The position numbers and the translations under genes were made by a program. A DNA stretch of 64,000 nt from Gemmatimonadota bacterium. GTDB taxonomy: Bacteria > Gemmatimonadota > Gemmatimonadetes > Gemmatimonadales > GWC2-71-9. This document shows, one piece after another, positions 46,309-55,236 of this stretch (the first letter of the stretch is position 1; each line of letters opens with the position of its first letter). The DNA lies in NCBI GenBank assembly GCA_046733215.1, contig JBKPOS010000129.1, positions 158-64,157 on the forward strand. Direction: 5' to 3'. The notes beneath the pieces are model-generated. The model was not told the DNA's origin. It did not search any database and was given only the letters and a program-made list of their open reading frames with translations.

Positions 46309-47535
46309 TCAGAGCACCATGCGCGCGAGAAACCACGGATTGAGGACTCGGCGAGTCGGCACAAAATTCCCCGTGACACCGATCAGCGTGTCAGCCATTC
46401 CGCCTCGGCGACCGAGCCGACCGACTGCACGGTCGAACAGGGCGGGCCAGATCATCGCGTAGCCGATCAACCGCTCCACCGCCCATTTCCCTGCAAACGC
46501 GTGCCAGCGCGCGCGAGTGTAGCCGCGCAGGCGTGCCCCGGACACGATGCCGGGCACTGAGAGGCTACGGGCCGCGTGCTCGGCGAGCAATTCTGCTCCG
46601 CGCAGCGCACTACAGATCCCTTCTCCGGTAAACGGATCGAAAAATTCGGCGGCGTCGCCCACCAGGGCAGCGCCATCAACTACCACGCGCCGCGACCGCG
46701 CGGCAAACGGTCCGGTAGCCAGCACCTGACCCACGAGCCTACCCCGCTGTACTCGCCCTCGGACGTCGGGAAAGCGCTCGAGCTGGGAAAAGAAGAAGTC
46801 GGCAAGTCTGCCCCGAGCCCCTCTCGCTACGGCCGCCGGGATGACGAGGGCGACGTTCGCCAGGTTGGTGTCCACTCGATTGAGCCCCACGTAGCCTTCG
46901 GTGCTGACATGCATCTCCGCCGACTCACCCAGCTCGGCCACGTCGCTCAGATGTGCCACCAGTGCAACTCTGCGAAGCCGGCCATGGGAGCGCAGGCCGA
47001 GTCGTCGGGCAACCGTTGAGCGAAGCCCGTCGGCTCCAACCGTGAGGCGGGCCCGGATGACTTGGTGCCCCTCCGGCCTGCGCACCAGTGCACCGGTGAC
47101 GGCTCCGTCCTCGATAAGCATCTTCTCTAGCGCGGTTTGCTCGAGCAACGCAACTCCCTCGCTCCGTGCGCGCTGCACCAGGTGCTGATCGAGAACCCAG
47201 CGGGTGACCGAAAGCCCGGTAGAACGCGACGGGGCGGGGCGGGCACGCGCGAATAGCCCATGGAGCCGGGCGCCATGAGGCCCGCGTACCACTGTTCCTG
47301 CCAGTGCCTGTGCGCCGCCCAGCTCGAGCTGCTCGACCACGCCGAGGCGGTCCAGCAGGCGAACGGTTTCAGGGCTCAGATACTCGGCACAGGGCTTGTC
47401 GCGGGGGAAAGAGGCACGGTCGATCGCCACAACATGGAAGCCTTGCCGCGCGAGAAATGCGGCGGTCGCAGCGCCGGCCGGGCCGGCGCCCACGATCAGC
47501 GCATCGGTCGAAAGCTGCGGCAGCTCAGCCGACAC
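46309..47535 (-). CDS. FAD-dependent oxidoreductase, geranylgeranyl reductase family
   Basis: Dinucleotide fold DALIVGAGPAGAATAAFLARQG, GADGLRSTVAR, GDAAEFFDPFTGEGI. GTG at 47535; the track start at 47616 is the alternative. Confidence 0.8.
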   Translation of the reverse strand: MSAELPQLSTDALIVGAGPAGAATAAFLARQGFHVVAIDRASFPRDKPCAEYLSPETVRLLDRLGVVEQLELGGAQALAGTVVRGPHGARLHGLFARARPAPSRSTGLSVTRWVLDQHLVQRARSEGVALLEQTALEKMLIEDGAVTGALVRRPEGHQVIRARLTVGADGLRSTVARRLGLRSHGRLRRVALVAHLSDVAELGESAEMHVSTEGYVGLNRVDTNLANVALVIPAAVARGARGRLADFFFSQLERFPDVRGRVQRGRLVGQVLATGPFAARSRRVVVDGAALVGDAAEFFDPFTGEGICSALRGAELLAEHAARSLSVPGIVSGARLRGYTRARWHAFAGKWAVERLIGYAMIWPALFDRAVGRLGRRGGMADTLIGVTGNFVPTRRVLNPWFLARMVL

Positions 47536-47950
47536 GGGAGAACTCGTCCGAATCGAGTCGTAGAACGTCGGGGCTCGGGAAGCTGTAGTGAAGATCGAAA
47601 GTGATGGCCATCCCAACCCCGGCGTAGGAGACCGTGATCGTGGTGGAGGTCGCAGTCCAGGTGCATGGTCGGTCGCTGCTGTTTTCGATGCCGTCCGTAA
47701 TCGAGAGGAAAGACTCGAGGCAGGCGCCGTCCGGGTCGAACCGCCACGTGATGGTCTGGACCGTACTCGGCATGAGTCCGGTCACGACCCCGCGCCAGCT
47801 TCCGATCAAGGCTGGAGGATGAGTCGATGCGGGTGGCGGCGGCTGGTCGCCGCCACCTGCAGGCAAAGGCAACCCGGCCGTGGGATTGGGCTCGATCGGT
47901 GCCCCTCCGCAAGCGGGCACAAGGCTCAGGTATGACCCAACCAGAGCCAC
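47525..47950 (-). CDS. Small hypothetical lipoprotein
   Basis: Lipobox SLVPACGG, then a Pro-rich linker and a ~90-aa beta-rich domain. Only the last ~140 aa of track ORF 47525..48658 are taken as coding. The start (GTG 47950 or a nearby TTG) is uncertain. Confidence 0.5.
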   Translation of the reverse strand: MALVGSYLSLVPACGGAPIEPNPTAGLPLPAGGGDQPPPPASTHPPALIGSWRGVVTGLMPSTVQTITWRFDPDGACLESFLSITDGIENSSDRPCTWTATSTTITVSYAGVGMAITFDLHYSFPSPDVLRLDSDEFSRVG

Positions 47951-48708
47951 GCTGCCCAACCGCCCAAAGCTGCGGCTGCGGTAGCGAGACCATTCACACC
48001 GTCGTTGTCCAGCCAAACAAATCCTCCCGTCGGGACGGTCGGTGTTCCGCAGCGATGCACCTGCCACTCGGACAGTTGCCCGCAGATCGGGCAGCGAAAC
48101 CGACCCTGCATCGATCCGCCCAGGGCGGAGTCCAGCAGCATCCCGCCGAAACCTAGTGCGGCCCCAGCGCCGAAGAGGGCCGGCTCCCGGCCCACCCAGG
48201 CGCCACTCGCGGCCACCAGGCTTGCACCGACCAATGCTGCCAGGCAGCCCAGCAAGGTGATGCCCCCGTTGGTACCCGGGGGCACCGATCGCCAAGTGAG
48301 GAGGTGACGTGGTGGGGTTCGGCTCCATGCACCAATTGCGGTAGCCCAGGTGTCCGCGGCGGCGGCGGCGAGGCTCGACGTCGCAATCCAGATCGCTAAT
48401 GCAGGCTCTTCCCGAGCCAGAAGCGCACCGAGCGCCGCCGGCCCACCATTGGCGAGGACCTGCCAATGATCGCGGCAATTCCCTTTGGGGTCGCTGGTGG
48501 GGAAGGGATCCTCGGGTTCGAGCCGGGACACCACGCTGCTCGACACGAAAAATGCAGCAAGAGCGGCCCCGCCGGCCCAGCCTGCGGCTACCAGGATCGC
48601 GGCCCCGACGAGAGTTGCAGCTACGGCACCGGCGCCGGTGAGCGCACGCGACTGCCATCCTGCAGCGGCGACGGCGGCAGCAAGCGCAACGTCAAGAAGG
48701 AGAGACAC
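47926..48708 (-). CDS. DUF92/TMEM19-family integral membrane protein with Cys/His-rich loop
   Basis: 260-aa polytopic Ala/Gly-rich membrane protein with a DUF92-like layout (TWATAIG, GGITLLG, LLDSALGGSMQ). It carries the loop RFRCPICGQLSEWQVHRCG. Confidence 0.6.
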   Translation of the reverse strand: MSLLLDVALAAAVAAAGWQSRALTGAGAVAATLVGAAILVAAGWAGGAALAAFFVSSSVVSRLEPEDPFPTSDPKGNCRDHWQVLANGGPAALGALLAREEPALAIWIATSSLAAAAADTWATAIGAWSRTPPRHLLTWRSVPPGTNGGITLLGCLAALVGASLVAASGAWVGREPALFGAGAALGFGGMLLDSALGGSMQGRFRCPICGQLSEWQVHRCGTPTVPTGGFVWLDNDGVNGLATAAAALGGWAAWLWLGHT

Positions 48709-48726
48709 GAGACCGCCGCGCGCGGC

Positions 48727-48984
48727 TCAGTTATCGGCGGTGCTGTCGAGTTCGGAGCGAAGTTCTGAAAGAATGCGGGCCTTCAGCCGGTCAGGGCAGC
48801 ATTGCCCCTTACCCTTGTGCTGAAGCATTTCGAGAAACTGCTTCTCGAATTGGAGGTGCTCGAAACACGGGCGGCACTTCTCAAGATGGTCGGTGATCTT
48901 GGTGGCGAGCTCCGGCGTGATCTCCTGCTTCAGGTAATCCTGCATCAGGGACAGAGCTTCGCGACATTTCGGGCCGCCGGCCAT
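48727..48984 (-). CDS. Zinc-binding anti-sigma factor (ZAS, RsrA-like)
   Basis: 85 aa with the H-x3-C-x2-C motif in DHLEKCRPCFEH plus extra Cys residues. Lies directly downstream of an ECF sigma gene. Confidence 0.82.
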   Translation of the reverse strand: MAGGPKCREALSLMQDYLKQEITPELATKITDHLEKCRPCFEHLQFEKQFLEMLQHKGKGQCCPDRLKARILSELRSELDSTADN

Positions 48985-49002
48985 CAGTTCTCTCTCATCC
49001 GG

Positions 49003-49581
49003 TTATTGCTTGATCGGGGCGCGATCGCGCGGACGGATATACCCCATCTCCACTGCGTGGTCGTAGAGCACCTCCTGCAGCTGACGACGAGCCCGGAAAA
49101 GCCGGGACTTGACAGTGCCGACGGGGATGCCGAGCACGTCTGCGATTTCGGCGTAGGGAAGATTTTCGATGTCACTCAGCACCAGCACCTCGCGAAATTC
49201 CTCGGGGAGTCGATCGATCGCATCGAGCACCTTTGCGTCGACAATCCGGGAAAAGAACGTGCCTTCGGGATCTTCGTCGTCCACCGCTCGAAAGGACGCG
49301 TGCGGCTCCGCGGTCTCGAGGTCCATCGGGATAGGCTCCCGCTGGCGCCGGCGGTAATCATTGATGAACGTGTTCCGCAAGATCGTGAACAGCCAGCTGC
49401 GGATGTTGGTTCCGGGCTGAAATCGCTGCCAGGACCGGAACGCCTTGAGCACGGTATCCTGGACAAGATCTTCCGCACGGCTGGGATCGGTCGTGAGCCG
49501 GAGGGCCAGCCGGTACAGACTATCGAGCTGCGGAATGACTTCCGCCTCAAAGGCCTCCCGGCCGGGTGCTGGGTCGGTCAT
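49003..49581 (-). CDS. ECF-type RNA polymerase sigma-70 family factor
   Basis: Region 2 DLVQDTVLKAFRSWQRFQPGTNIRSWLFTILRNTFINDYRRR and region 4 LPEEFREVLVLSDIENLPYAEIADVLGIPVGTVKSRLFRAR. Confidence 0.9.
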   Translation of the reverse strand: MTDPAPGREAFEAEVIPQLDSLYRLALRLTTDPSRAEDLVQDTVLKAFRSWQRFQPGTNIRSWLFTILRNTFINDYRRRQREPIPMDLETAEPHASFRAVDDEDPEGTFFSRIVDAKVLDAIDRLPEEFREVLVLSDIENLPYAEIADVLGIPVGTVKSRLFRARRQLQEVLYDHAVEMGYIRPRDRAPIKQ

Positions 49582-49698
49582 CCCGCAATGTTCCGGGGAG
49601 AAGGGCCCGGCGCAAGGACCCCTGGATGGGCCGCCCCGGAATGGCTAAGTTCCGCCCCGGTCTGGTGGCCCTGAACGCGTCCGCGACACCACCCTCCC

Positions 49699-50325
49699 GT
49701 GCCCGACTCGCCGCCGATTCCAGCTTTCCTTCCGCTGAGCCTGCTCGAGGCGCTCCGCAATCTCGACACCCCCGTCGAGGACGGTCTCGAAGCGATGGCC
49801 AGGGATATCGTCTCGCGACGGCTCGGCTTGAGCGATACCGTCGCCGCGCAGATCGAGCGCTACCGCCAGGCGACGCAACGCGAAGGAACCGTCACCGAAG
49901 ACGAGTTGGTCTCCGTGCTGCGCCTGGTGGGCCGGCGTCCCGATGCCCCGCTCGTCTTCGCCGATGCCGGCCGACGGGCGGCCCGCTATGCCGTGCGTGC
50001 CAACGGCGGCTCACGTGCGCTGGCCAAGGTATCCCCATGGGCCTTGGGTCGGGCGCTCGCCCGGCGGGCGGCCCGGCGCATTTCCGCCAAATGCTTCCGG
50101 GGAGAGCTCGGAGGAAAGGGGCCGGAAGCCGAGGTTCGCATGACCCGGCCGCTTTCGGTGAGCGCAATCTCTGACGGCAGCGCCTGTGCCTTCTACGGCG
50201 CAGCCTACGGCGAGCTCCTACGAACCTTGATCAACTTCGAGGGCACAATGGTGCACGAACGATGTGAGGGCAGGGGCGACCAGGCCTGCCTCTGGCGCGG
50301 CCAGCGCGCAGGCGATTACGAATGA
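49699..50325 (+). CDS. Hypothetical protein, possible V4R-type small-molecule-binding C-terminal domain
   Basis: 208 aa. The C-terminal CAFYGAAYGELLRTLINFEGTMVHERCEGRGDQACLW resembles the Cys pattern of V4R domains. This assignment is from memory only. Confidence 0.5.
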   Translation: MPDSPPIPAFLPLSLLEALRNLDTPVEDGLEAMARDIVSRRLGLSDTVAAQIERYRQATQREGTVTEDELVSVLRLVGRRPDAPLVFADAGRRAARYAVRANGGSRALAKVSPWALGRALARRAARRISAKCFRGELGGKGPEAEVRMTRPLSVSAISDGSACAFYGAAYGELLRTLINFEGTMVHERCEGRGDQACLWRGQRAGDYE

Positions 50326-51497
50326 CGCCGCTCGCAGATGTCGACCGAAACGGTTTGGGCGCAGCGCTCGAAGAAGCGGGAGCCGACGCGTGGCTGCTCT
50401 ACAACTTCCGGGGCGTCAATCCGGTCGCCGGGCGAGTACTCGGGGTGAGCGGCATGGGAACCCGGCGGTTGTTCGTGCTACTGCCTCGGGATGGTGAGCC
50501 GGTTGCTGTCGCTCACCGGATCGAGCTCCAGGGTGTCGAAGGATTTCCCGGCACAATCGTGCCATACTCTCGCTGGGAAGAGCTGCACCACGCGCTCGGC
50601 AAGCTGCTCAAAGGGCGCACGGTTGCGATGGAAATTTCACCCGACGACGCGGTGCCGTATCTCGACCGCGTTCCATTCGGTGTCGTGGAACTGGTGCGGC
50701 GTCTTGGCGCACGTGTGGTTCCTTCAGGTCCGCTCGTCTCCCGGTTTGCCGCGCGCTGGAGCGCGGAGGAGATGGCGGGACACTCGGCCGCCGCAGAAAC
50801 CATCGCTGCAATTGCACGAGCCGAGCTGACCCGCGTGGTGCGCGAGCCGGCAGTGAGCGAGTCGACGGTGCAGGCTCGTGTGGTTCGCGCGCTCGAGGAG
50901 CATCGCCTCGTTTTCGATCACCCACCCATTGTCGCGTTCGGGCCGAACGCGGCGAATCCACACTACGAGCCAATCGCGGGTCATGACGCGCGGCTCGAGC
51001 AGGATCAGGTCGTGCTGCTGGATCTCTGGGGCGCGCCGGGGGAGGATGCTGTCGCCGCCGACCAGACCTGGATGGGGTTCGCGGGAGACGAGCCGCCGGC
51101 GCGCGTGCGTCAGGTCTGGACCGCAGTTCGGGATGCGAGGGATGCGGCAATAAGCGCGGTTCGCGAGGCAGCGCGGTCACAGCGGCCCATTGCGGGATAC
51201 GAAGCGGACCAGGCGGCCCGGGCTGTGATCGACAACGCCGGCTTCGGCCAATGGTTCGTCCATCGGACCGGCCATTCGATCGACCACGACTTGCATGGAT
51301 CTGGTCCGCACCTCGACGACTATGAGACCCACGATGATCGGCGACTCGGCCCCGGGATCGGCTTTTCGGTGGAACCGGGCGTCTATCTGCCTGGAGAATT
51401 CGGTGTTCGCAGCGAGGTCAACATGTTCTGGGGCCCGGAGGGACCGCAGGTGACGCCGCAAGAGCCGCAGCGAGAGCTGATCACGGCTCGCGGATGA
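50322..51497 (+). CDS. M24-family metallopeptidase (Xaa-Pro aminopeptidase-like)
   Basis: ATGA overlap with the upstream gene. Metal-ligand contexts HRTGHSID, FSVEPGVY, SEVNMF. Confidence 0.85.
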   Translation: MTPLADVDRNGLGAALEEAGADAWLLYNFRGVNPVAGRVLGVSGMGTRRLFVLLPRDGEPVAVAHRIELQGVEGFPGTIVPYSRWEELHHALGKLLKGRTVAMEISPDDAVPYLDRVPFGVVELVRRLGARVVPSGPLVSRFAARWSAEEMAGHSAAAETIAAIARAELTRVVREPAVSESTVQARVVRALEEHRLVFDHPPIVAFGPNAANPHYEPIAGHDARLEQDQVVLLDLWGAPGEDAVAADQTWMGFAGDEPPARVRQVWTAVRDARDAAISAVREAARSQRPIAGYEADQAARAVIDNAGFGQWFVHRTGHSIDHDLHGSGPHLDDYETHDDRRLGPGIGFSVEPGVYLPGEFGVRSEVNMFWGPEGPQVTPQEPQRELITARG

Positions 51498-51501
51498 GCC
51501 G

Positions 51502-52332
51502 ATGCGAACCTTCGTCGCGGCGGTCCTGGCCGCCGCAAGCCTCGCCGGCTCACCACCCGCCGCCCAGCTCGACGATCGCCTTGCATTGCGCGCCGTCCGC
51601 TTCTACCGGGCCGACCATCGCACCACCCGGGTCACTGCCTTTCTGGAGATCCCCTACGCAGCGCTGATAGACGGGCCGAACGGACCAGGATCGAGTTATC
51701 AGGTAACGGTTCGGGTATGGGACGCCGCCGGCGCTGCGCTTCATACGGAGTCGTGGACTGCCACGGTTCCACCCACGATGCAAGTCGGCGCCTCCGCAGT
51801 CGAGACGGTTGAGTTTCTGGTCCCGCCGGGTCGCTACAGGCTCGAGGCGATCGCGCACAACCTCTCCACAGGTCGCGAAGCCCGAGCGACCCTCGATCTC
51901 GAAGGCTTCGATCGTCCGCCTGCCGTTTCAGACCTGCTGCTCTCGCCCGGCATCCGATTGGTGTCTGCCGGCGACACCGTTCCCCAGCCCGGCGAGCTGC
52001 GGCGGGGTGGGGCGCTCGTCACTGCAGCAGCAATTCCCCGGCTTAGTCCCTCCCATTCAACAGCCCACTACCTGCTGGAGATGTACGCCACCGGAAATCA
52101 CGAAGAGGTCGGCAACATCAGCGTGTCGGTCCGCGACTCCACCGGTACGACGACGCTGCGCTGGCGGCCGGTACCGGTCCGAGTGCCCTCCGGCGGAAGC
52201 ACCCTGCACGGGCATGTGAGTCTCGCCGGGTTGAACCCCGGACGCTATACCCTGGTGGTGTCGGTGGCGGTGGCAGGTCAGACCAGCGAGAGATCGGCGG
52301 AGCTGGTGTTCGACAGGGTCGGCGCTTCTTAG
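51502..52332 (+). CDS. Hypothetical secreted protein
   Basis: Signal peptide MRTFVAAVLAAASLAGSPPAAQ, with beta-rich two-domain-like repeats (PPGRYRLEAIA / NPGRYTLVVSV). No family assigned. Confidence 0.6.
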   Translation: MRTFVAAVLAAASLAGSPPAAQLDDRLALRAVRFYRADHRTTRVTAFLEIPYAALIDGPNGPGSSYQVTVRVWDAAGAALHTESWTATVPPTMQVGASAVETVEFLVPPGRYRLEAIAHNLSTGREARATLDLEGFDRPPAVSDLLLSPGIRLVSAGDTVPQPGELRRGGALVTAAAIPRLSPSHSTAHYLLEMYATGNHEEVGNISVSVRDSTGTTTLRWRPVPVRVPSGGSTLHGHVSLAGLNPGRYTLVVSVAVAGQTSERSAELVFDRVGAS

Positions 52333-54149
52333 GGTTCCTCCGTCGCCCCGGTCTCGACCAGGAGATCTCCTTCGCGAAACTGATGCTGATAGAGCCGGGC
52401 GTACAGGCCGCCTCGAGCGAGCAGCTCGGAGTGACTTCCTTCCTCGACAATCCGGCCGTGATCCAGCACCACCAGCCGATCCGCGCGGCGGACAGTGCTC
52501 AGACGATGTGCGATGATGAGTGTGGTTCGGCCGGCCAGGAGCCGCTCCATCGCATCTTCGATGAGTCGCTCGCTCTCGGTATCCAGGCTGCTCGTGGCCT
52601 CGTCGAGAATCAGAACCGCGGGGTCCTTGAGCAGGGCCCGGGCAATCGCGATTCGCTGCCGCTGCCCGCCGGACAGCTTGACGCCGCGTTCGCCCACTAC
52701 CGTATCGTAGCCTTCCGGTAATCGTTGAACGAACTCGTGCGCGTGCGCCGCCTGCGCCGCTGCTTCGATGGCTTCCTGATTCGCATTGGGGCGGCCATAC
52801 GCAATGTTCTCGCGCACGCTGCCGCTGAAGAGCGCGGGTTCCTGCGCAACCACTCCGATCGCACCACGAAGGTCCGCCAGGCGCAGATCCCGGATGTTGA
52901 TCCCATCCAGCAGAATCCGACCCTCCCGCACGTCCCAGAACCGCGGGAGCAACGACACGAGCGTGGTTTTCCCGGCGCCAGAAGGTCCGACCAGCGCCAC
53001 GATTTCGCCCGGCGCGACGGCCAGGTTAATGTCGCGCAGCACCTGCGGTGCCGCGGGATCTGCCAGATACCGGAACGAGACCCGTTCGAACGTGACAGCG
53101 CCGCGGATCGGCCTGGGAAGCGATTTGGGAGAAGGCGGATCGGTGATGGGCGAGGTGGTCTCGAGCAGCTCGAACACTCGTTGGGCGGCCCCGACCGCCT
53201 CCTGGTAGCTGCTGAAAAACGAAGCGAGGCCACCGATCGCGGCTGCGATGGTCACCGTATACAGGAGAAACGAGACTAGCGCCCCCGGCGTCAGCTTGCC
53301 GTCGAGGACTAGGAGACCACCCTGCCACAGGACGAAGACGATGCCGCCGAAGGTGGCGAAGGTGAGCACGCCAAAGAACACTCCGCGCACCTCGGCTCGC
53401 ACCAGGGCCGCCCAGACACTCGCCAGTATACGGTCGGCGTAGCGCTGCCGCTCCGCCGGCTCCTGCACGAAGCTCTGCACCGTGCGGATCTGGCTCAGCG
53501 CCTCGTCGGCAACGGCGGTCGCCTCGGCGACCTTGTCCTGCACGCCCGTCGTCATCTTCCTCAACCGGCGGCCGAAATAGAAGGCAGAGCCAACAACGAG
53601 CGGAACCACGCCCAGAGCGGTGAACGTGAGGCGCGGCTGCATGTAGGTGAGCACCACCACGCCGCCGATGAGCGCCAGAGCCTGTCGCGAGAACTCCGCG
53701 ATCTGATGACTCATGACGCTTTGCAACAGGCCGATGTCGGTGGTCAGACGGCTGGTCAGCTCGCCGGTGCGGCGCTCTGCGAAGAACCCTGGCGGCATGG
53801 TGAGCAGCTTGTCGAAGAGCTCCCGCCGAAGGCCTGCCACCGCGCGCTCACCAGTGGCGCTCAAATAGTAGGTCTGAACAAAATTGAGCCCGGCCTGGAT
53901 CGCGAAGAGCGCCAGAAGCAGAAGTGCGATTCGATCGAGCAGCGAGCGGTCGTGGTGGAGAAACGCCGCGTCGAGCAGGTAACGCACGATCTGGGGAAAC
54001 GCCAAGCCGATTGCGGCACTGAGCAGCAACGCCAGCGTCGCCAGCGCCAGTCCGCCACGATAGGGGCGCACCCGGGGCCAGAGGCGGGCCAGCTGACCGG
54101 GCGCGGGGAGCCGCCGCCGGATGCCGGACACGGTAGGCTGGGCTGTCAT
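52329..54149 (-). CDS. Fused ABC exporter permease/ATPase (MsbA/ABCB-like)
   Basis: Six-TM domain, Walker A GPSGAGKTTLVSL, signature LSGGQRQRIAIARAL, Walker B VLILDEATSSLD. Confidence 0.9.
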   Translation of the reverse strand: MTAQPTVSGIRRRLPAPGQLARLWPRVRPYRGGLALATLALLLSAAIGLAFPQIVRYLLDAAFLHHDRSLLDRIALLLLALFAIQAGLNFVQTYYLSATGERAVAGLRRELFDKLLTMPPGFFAERRTGELTSRLTTDIGLLQSVMSHQIAEFSRQALALIGGVVVLTYMQPRLTFTALGVVPLVVGSAFYFGRRLRKMTTGVQDKVAEATAVADEALSQIRTVQSFVQEPAERQRYADRILASVWAALVRAEVRGVFFGVLTFATFGGIVFVLWQGGLLVLDGKLTPGALVSFLLYTVTIAAAIGGLASFFSSYQEAVGAAQRVFELLETTSPITDPPSPKSLPRPIRGAVTFERVSFRYLADPAAPQVLRDINLAVAPGEIVALVGPSGAGKTTLVSLLPRFWDVREGRILLDGINIRDLRLADLRGAIGVVAQEPALFSGSVRENIAYGRPNANQEAIEAAAQAAHAHEFVQRLPEGYDTVVGERGVKLSGGQRQRIAIARALLKDPAVLILDEATSSLDTESERLIEDAMERLLAGRTTLIIAHRLSTVRRADRLVVLDHGRIVEEGSHSELLARGGLYARLYQHQFREGDLLVETGATEEP

Positions 54150-54198
54150 TGTCGGAAAACTAATTCAAGATGAGCGCAGAGGCCCAAGCGAGAGGTTC

Positions 54199-55182
54199 TC
54201 AGCGGTGACGGTCGGGGGATCTGATTGCTTCCTGCTCGGGCTTACTCAGGATGAGAATGTTGGACGATCGATGCACCGATGCACCAGGCAGGTTGCGGTC
54301 GATCGCCATCGCCAGGAACAGCAGCGCCAGGTAGAGTAAGGAGTACCGGTACAGTCTCCAGGCGGTCGGCGTCACCCCCGACGTGCGGAGCAGGCGAATG
54401 CAATACCACAAGAGAGGCGCACCCAACAGCGCGGCACAGACTGCGTAGAACCAGCCAAACGCCCCGAACAACACCGGCATCAGGGTGAGCGGCAGCAACA
54501 TCATGGTATAGACGAGCATCTCGAACTTGGTGCGCTGTTCTCCACGGACCACCGGCATCATCGGGATGCCAGCCCGGGCATATTCGGCCCGCTTGATGAG
54601 AGCGAGAGCCCAGAAGTGCGGCGGAGTCCAGTAAAATATGATGGCGAAGAGATACAGCGCCGCGAGATCCAGGTGACCGGTCACGGCTGCCCAGCCGACT
54701 AATGGTGGAAAGGCTCCTGCAGCGCCACCGATGACGATGTTCTGCGGGCTGGACCGTTTGAGCCAGACCGTATAGACAAAGACGTAGAACAGCAGACCCG
54801 CTAGCGCGAGCTCCGCGCTCAACGGATTGACCAGTTGCCAGAACACGTAGAAGGAAATGACGGCCAGGCCTAAACCGAACGCGAGTGCAACCGGGGCCGC
54901 AATTCGGCCCGCCGGCAGCGGACGCAGCCGAGTTCGGGACATCTTGTCGTCGATGTCCCGGTCGAACCACATATTGATCGCATTGGCGCCCCCGGCCATG
55001 AGATAACCGGCGACGATGACCGTAAGAACCAGCTGCAGGGAAGGTAGCCCGCGATCGGTCACGAACATGGGCGCGACCGTGGTGACCAGGAGCAGCGAGA
55101 TGATGCGCGGCTTGGTGAGCGTCACCAGGTCGGCTGCCAGCGAGGGCCGGCGAGCATCCACGGCCTGGGAGGGAACCTCCAC
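54199..55182 (-). CDS. ctaB: Protoheme IX farnesyltransferase (heme O synthase)
   Basis: UbiA-family motifs: TLTKPRIISLLLVTT and NMWFDRDIDDKMSRTRLRPLPAGRI. Confidence 0.88.
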   Translation of the reverse strand: MEVPSQAVDARRPSLAADLVTLTKPRIISLLLVTTVAPMFVTDRGLPSLQLVLTVIVAGYLMAGGANAINMWFDRDIDDKMSRTRLRPLPAGRIAAPVALAFGLGLAVISFYVFWQLVNPLSAELALAGLLFYVFVYTVWLKRSSPQNIVIGGAAGAFPPLVGWAAVTGHLDLAALYLFAIIFYWTPPHFWALALIKRAEYARAGIPMMPVVRGEQRTKFEMLVYTMMLLPLTLMPVLFGAFGWFYAVCAALLGAPLLWYCIRLLRTSGVTPTAWRLYRYSLLYLALLFLAMAIDRNLPGASVHRSSNILILSKPEQEAIRSPDRHR

Positions 55183-55236
55183 GAACGTGCCTCCGGATCA
55201 CAGGGCGAGAGCCGGGGAAAGAATGGTGTCTCAATC

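Noticed and set aside
46309-47535. Flavoprotein plus adjacent flavin reductase interpreted as a two-component flavin-dependent halogenase.
   Set aside because: The sequence lacks the WxWxIP motif characteristic of flavin-dependent halogenases. It carries GADG and GDAA motifs and a C-terminal region more like the geranylgeranyl-reductase family.
49647-49653. GGAACTT (minus strand) as the -35 box of an autoregulated ECF promoter upstream of the sigma factor gene.
   Set aside because: No acceptable -10 element (TC-type or CGT-type) lies 16-17 nt downstream. A single 7-mer match is not sufficient.
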